A stretch of DNA of 63,961 nucleotides, filler included, from Thraustochytrium aureum (taxonomy: Eukaryota), in NCBI GenBank assembly GCA_012862495.1. It is 7 parts of 4 records of this genome, joined end to end, with 100 filler letters (N's around TTAATTAATTAA, not from the genome) between each part and the next. Parts side by side here need not be neighbours in the genome. Positions count along the whole stretch, not along the records: positions 50,960 to 59,965 come from BLSG01000058.1; positions 60,066 to 61,498 come from BLSG01000061.1; positions 61,599 to 62,782 come from BLSG01000062.1; positions 62,883 to 63,961 come from BLSG01000077.1; 3 more parts are not named here. One strand, 5' to 3'. The notes below the pieces were generated by a model. That model saw nothing but the letters and a program-made list of their open reading frames with translations, was not told the DNA's origin and ran no database searches. Shown here piece by piece: positions 59,965 through 63,961 of the stretch (positions within the stretch are counted from its first letter, which is position 1; the number at the start of each line of letters is the position of its first letter). The translations under genes and the position numbers were made by a program.

Positions 59965-60065
59965 ANNNNNNNNNNNNNNNNNNNNNNNNNNNNNNNNNNN
60001 NNNNNNNNNTTAATTAATTAANNNNNNNNNNNNNNNNNNNNNNNNNNNNNNNNNNNNNNNNNNNN

Positions 60066-60765
60066 ACGGACAAGCGCTCGTACGGGAGACGGATGGGGAC
60101 GTGCAGTGCCGCAGGTGCCGTCAGCAGTTCGTCGAGAAGCTCGAAGAGAGCGACGAAGAGCTGGACGAGGACGACGAAATGGAGATGGACGACCCTGACG
60201 ACAGCATGGAAGACAATGTGGATGCGTTCGTGCGAAACCTCATGGGGGGTCTCTTGTCCGGATTGAACCACGACCAGAAAACCAACGGCGCTTCGACGCC
60301 CGTGGGCGGCGCTCAAGCAGCGTCGCTGGAGACCCGGGCAACTATTTGTTTTCCGCGAGTGGCATGGAGCAGCTCATGTCGCAGCTGTTTCAGAATGCCG
60401 GGGCGGACGGCCCGCCCCCAGCGTCGCGCGCTGCGATCGAGGCGCTGCCGCGCGTCAAGGTCTCCCACAACGACACAGCGGGTGGGGCGCGCGAGTGCGT
60501 TGTTTGCCAGGACGAGTTTGCGGACGGAGCAGAGTGCGTCGAGCTGCCGTGCAAGCACCGGTTCCACGACGCATGCATCGTGCCTTGGCTGGAGAGTCAC
60601 AACACCTGCCCCGTATGCCGCTTCGCGCTGCCGTCGCAGCAAGACGAGGACGCGGCACGGCTTGCTGAACAGCGCTTGCGGCGCCGTGAGGCGCGTCGGT
60701 CCCGCGACGGAGCAGGTCGCCGCTCGTCCGGCCGGCGACGGAGCGGGCGGGGTGAGTCGCCTTGA
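60066..60765 (+). CDS. RING-H2 E3 ubiquitin ligase (RNF126/RNF115-like); 5' part missing, frameshift about 60350
   Basis: N-terminal CRRCRQQFVEKL zinc-ribbon half; GPPPASRAAIEALP; CVVCQDEF...LPCKHRFHDACIVPWLESHNTCPVCR. Confidence 0.88.
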
Positions 60766-61094
60766 GCCCGGTGGTGGTGGATTTTTTTTTCTCGCGCCTG
60801 GGCGGCCGGCCTTGCTTTGCTTCGACCTTGTTCTGCAACCGAATGTTGCAGTCCCTGTACACTGTCTGTAGAAAGCACTCTTTCCGGTTGACTTCAGCTC
60901 CGCCAGCGCGATGGGCAGCTCGCCGCTTCACCGGGCGCGGCCTTGACCATACCTTTATTGCTTGCCCGAGCGGCCTTGTTTTGCTTCAGTGAAGGGAGAC
61001 TAATCAATGTGTTGCTTCTATTTCTATCAGAAAACGAAAACGCAGCGCTACCTACCCGCCCCAGGGCCTATTCGTGAAGCCCATTGGAAGCCGA

Positions 61095-61498
61095 CTAGTT
61101 GGCAAAAACGTGCGCCGCGAAGACCTCGCGGACCGAGACCTCGGCATCCGCCGTCTCCAGCCGGTACTCTCGCATCAGGGCCCCGGGAACCCCACTGGCT
61201 CCTCCGAGCGCTCCAGCACGAACCGAGGGAGCACAGAACCGGCCTCGCCAGCCTTGCCGAACACCATGCCGACGTCCACTGCGCCCTCCTCTATCAGCGC
61301 CCGCAACTCTTTGCTTCTAACCGTGACGCGGCTGACGGCCTCGCAAGCAACGAGGCCAGCTCCCGTCACGAGCTCGACCTTGCGCCGGTACACGGCGCGC
61401 TCCAGCGTCTGCTCTACGCAAGTCCCGCGCTCGAGCACGACAACTTTCACGGGCGTGTCGCAATAGCTCGAGATGAGCCGCTGCACGTTTCCGTTCGC
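61095..61498 (-). CDS. Chorismate-lyase-like (DUF98-type) protein, 3' fragment
   Basis: ANGNVQRLISSY...VYRRKVEL...ACEAVSRV; after a frameshift about 61190, MREYRLET...VREVF..stop. Confidence 0.5.
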
Positions 61499-61598
61499 NN
61501 NNNNNNNNNNNNNNNNNNNNNNNNNNNNNNNNNNNNNNNNNNTTAATTAATTAANNNNNNNNNNNNNNNNNNNNNNNNNNNNNNNNNNNNNNNNNNNN

Positions 61599-61725
61599 GC
61601 ACCATGATGTTGCTGTCCGCCCATCCGAGGTCATCCACCGCAACCAGGAGGATGTGAGGCTTTGCTTGGCCCCCCGTCACGAGCGCCGCGAGCGCCGCGA
61701 GCGCTAGGACCGCTGCAGCCGTCAT
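61599..61725 (-). CDS. Secreted sulfatase (arylsulfatase B-like), N-terminal fragment
   Basis: Signal peptide followed by KPHILLVAVDDLGWAD; truncated at the contig linker. Confidence 0.75.
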
Positions 61726-62404
61726 TGGAGTGTCCCGCGTCGCACCTGGACTTTTGGCGCACCTTGTTTCGAGTCTCGACCGACTGTCTCGAGAGCTGCC
61801 GAGTTGCTCGTCGCGCTGCTCTTCTGCAGCTCCGTTTGGCGACCTGGCGTTGCGGCTCTGTTGCGGCCTTTGTCGCACTTGGGCAGCCAGGTCTGCTGGT
61901 TTTTGACGGGCCTGGAGGTTGCACTGCCAATGTGTCAACGAGTGTTGGTTTCATCGCAAACCAGAGCGGGTTGTATCTTTTGGGGCGAACGAAGAGTGGA
62001 TTGATCGCTCCTGTCCCACGTTGCACAGCGCGCATCGATGCCCATCTTCCAACTTGCCTGTTCTTCGTTCGGGCCGTGCCTCGCGCGCCACTCGCACTGC
62101 GGCGCTGGTACTCTACCTACTTCTGGCGTGGAGCGCCAGCGAGAGATTTTGTAGTCACCAACGAGGCTTGTAGAGTAGGATTACATCGGTTTGGCGTCGA
62201 GTTGGAGTTTTACGAAACGAGTTAGCTGGCGTCGCTCGCAGCGGGCAGCCACCTTGGTGAAGAGCGCGTTGCATTGAAAGGCCCGCGCGCCGGGCGGAGC
62301 GAACTGCAGGCGCTGGGAAGGAAAAGCACGAACCTGGACAAGGTAAAGGCACGGCATCGCTGCGCCGCGCTCAAGGCAGCGCGGATGCTGGAACACCAAG
62401 CACG

Positions 62405-62782
62405 CTACAGTTGGCCGAGCGGCGTCCAGAGATTGTGCTCGGTGGCGTACTGGTCCAAGCACAAGGCGCCGCAGCCGTTGTCTGCCCAATAGCACACCGT
62501 GCCCTTCTGCAGGAAACCGTCCGCTCCGTACACGGTGCAGGCCGCGGTAGCGGCTTTTAGGTGTTTCCTAAACAGAGCCACCTGCCGCTGAAAGCGAGCC
62601 TTGCCGATCGTCTTGATATCTGCATCCAGCCTGGCGTTGGCATCTCGGATGAGCTTGTAGTCGTTTTGGTTCGCCGCCGCAAATGCAGTAGCGAAGTAGC
62701 GGCGCACGCCGGCCGACTGCTTGGTCAGTGGCACGTGTGGCACGAGTCGCAGATTTACGTCTTCGAAAGTGACGTCCCTGAC
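62405..62782 (-). CDS. Hypothetical protein, 3' fragment
   Basis: Open frame from the linker edge (VRDVTFEDVNLRLVPH...EHNLWTPLGQL); no recognised motif; may extend to 62181 via a frameshift. Confidence 0.35.
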   Translation of the reverse strand, partial: VRDVTFEDVNLRLVPHVPLTKQSAGVRRYFATAFAAANQNDYKLIRDANARLDADIKTIGKARFQRQVALFRKHLKAATAACTVYGADGFLQKGTVCYWADNGCGALCLDQYATEHNLWTPLGQL

Positions 62783-62882
62783 NNNNNNNNNNNNNNNNNN
62801 NNNNNNNNNNNNNNNNNNNNNNNNNNTTAATTAATTAANNNNNNNNNNNNNNNNNNNNNNNNNNNNNNNNNNNNNNNNNNNN

Positions 62883-63955
62883 TCGATCATGGCGTCGCGG
62901 TAATTTTCTGCCTGGCGAAGGCGAAGCCCGTTCGACTCGGGGTCCGGGATTCGGAGGCCGACCGGCTTCATGTTGAGAAGCAGGCGCGGGCAGTCCGCTT
63001 CGACCAGCTCGACGAGGTTGGCAAAGGGCTGCACGGTGAGCGAGGTGCCCATGACGATGAGGAGGTCGGCTTTGGGCATGTCCATTTGCGTGCAGAGCTG
63101 GAACTTGGCCGGGAGGCCCTCGCCGAAGAAGACGATGTCCGGCTTGACGAGGCCCCCACAGCCAGCTTGCGCGCATCGCACGGGGATGTTGCCCTCCAGG
63201 ATCTGCGCCTTGCACTGGGCTTGGTCGAACGGCTTGGAGCACTTGGTGCAGGACGAGGAGGCGAACGAGCCGTGCGCCTCGACCAGCTTTTCGTCCGGAA
63301 CGCCGGCTGCGCGCTCGAGCGTATCGATGTTTTGCGTAAAGCACCGCAGCAAGAGGCCCTTGTCGTGCAGCATCCGCACGAAGAGGTGCGTCGGCGAGGG
63401 CTCGAAGTGGTCTGGCCACATCTCCTTGGCCAGCTTGTAGAAAGCCATGCCCTTGGTCTCCTTAAAGTATTTGAGCTCGAACACGCTCTCCGGTGTGGGG
63501 AGGTTGAACCGCTGCAGGTTGTCGTAGAGCCCGGTGCCTGGGCTGCGAAAGTCGGGGATCCCGCACGAGACCGAGATGCCGGCGCCGGCCATCACGACAA
63601 TGTTCTTGTACTTGCCCTCCTTGATGCTCTCGATGATCTTGTCTGCGGAGCAGTCGTACCCGAGCACGGCCTCGCGTACTTCGGCCGGGGGTTCATGGCG
63701 GGACTGCGGCGCGTTGCCCATCCTGATCACCTGCTTCACAAACTGCCAGCGGTTCCGCCGCCTGTTGACGCGAAATTCCTTGGAGCGCTTTTTCCCTTGC
63801 GGTCTGAACCCTCCCACGCGCTCAAAGTACTCGTACTCGGCGAGCTCTCGCAGGAACGCGTTCTTCACGGGCGCTTTCAAGCACGGCGGCAGGTCGGCCT
63901 CGGCGACGGAAACGACAACGCGGTCTTTGCTCTGCCTGCTTTTTCTCCTGCCCAT
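62883..63955 (-). CDS. SIRT2: NAD-dependent deacetylase, class I sirtuin (SIRT2/Hst2-like); C-terminus cut at a linker
   Basis: MAGAGISVSCGIPDFRSPGTGLYDNL, FTQNIDTLE, HGSF, CTKC/CAQAGC zinc site, KPDIVFFGE, GTSLTVQPFA. Confidence 0.92.
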
Positions 63956-63961
63956 CAATCG

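Noticed and set aside
1..63961. tRNA, rRNA or transposase/reverse-transcriptase genes
   Set aside because: None recognised by eye; gap contents cannot be assessed.

Overview
GC-rich, gene-dense, intron-poor eukaryotic DNA from a draft assembly. A flagellated stramenopile such as a thraustochytrid/labyrinthulomycete is my inference, based on CFAP43, an Asn-to-Val bZIP, a hybrid His kinase and PT-repeat surface proteins. The window contains many N gaps, six artificial N44-TTAATTAATTAA-N44 contig linkers, and frequent single-base frameshifts that look like sequencing errors. About 23 genes are recognisable: a permuted papain-like peptidase, PPIP5K/VIP1, an EEF1AKMT4-like methyltransferase, polyubiquitin, a DUF4804/MavL-like macrodomain, a GT25 glycosyltransferase, TFB4, a mucin-EGF membrane protein, PEX12, an XRN exoribonuclease, a TET/JBP-like dioxygenase, a giant (>5,000 aa) Ig-repeat surface protein, a bZIP-START factor, CFAP43, a small Cys-rich GPI-type protein, a hybrid histidine kinase, an AFG1 ATPase, a RING-H2 ligase, chorismate-lyase-like and sulfatase fragments, and SIRT2. 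Highlights: (1) the giant adhesin with an ABC Ig super-repeat and an unrecognised 6-Cys repeat; (2) the MavL-like macrodomain head-to-head with polyubiquitin; (3) the TET/JBP-like oxygenase divergent from an XRN carrying CCCH and R3H-like inserts; (4) the Val-type bZIP fused to a START-like domain. All family assignments come from motif recognition by eye; no searches were run.
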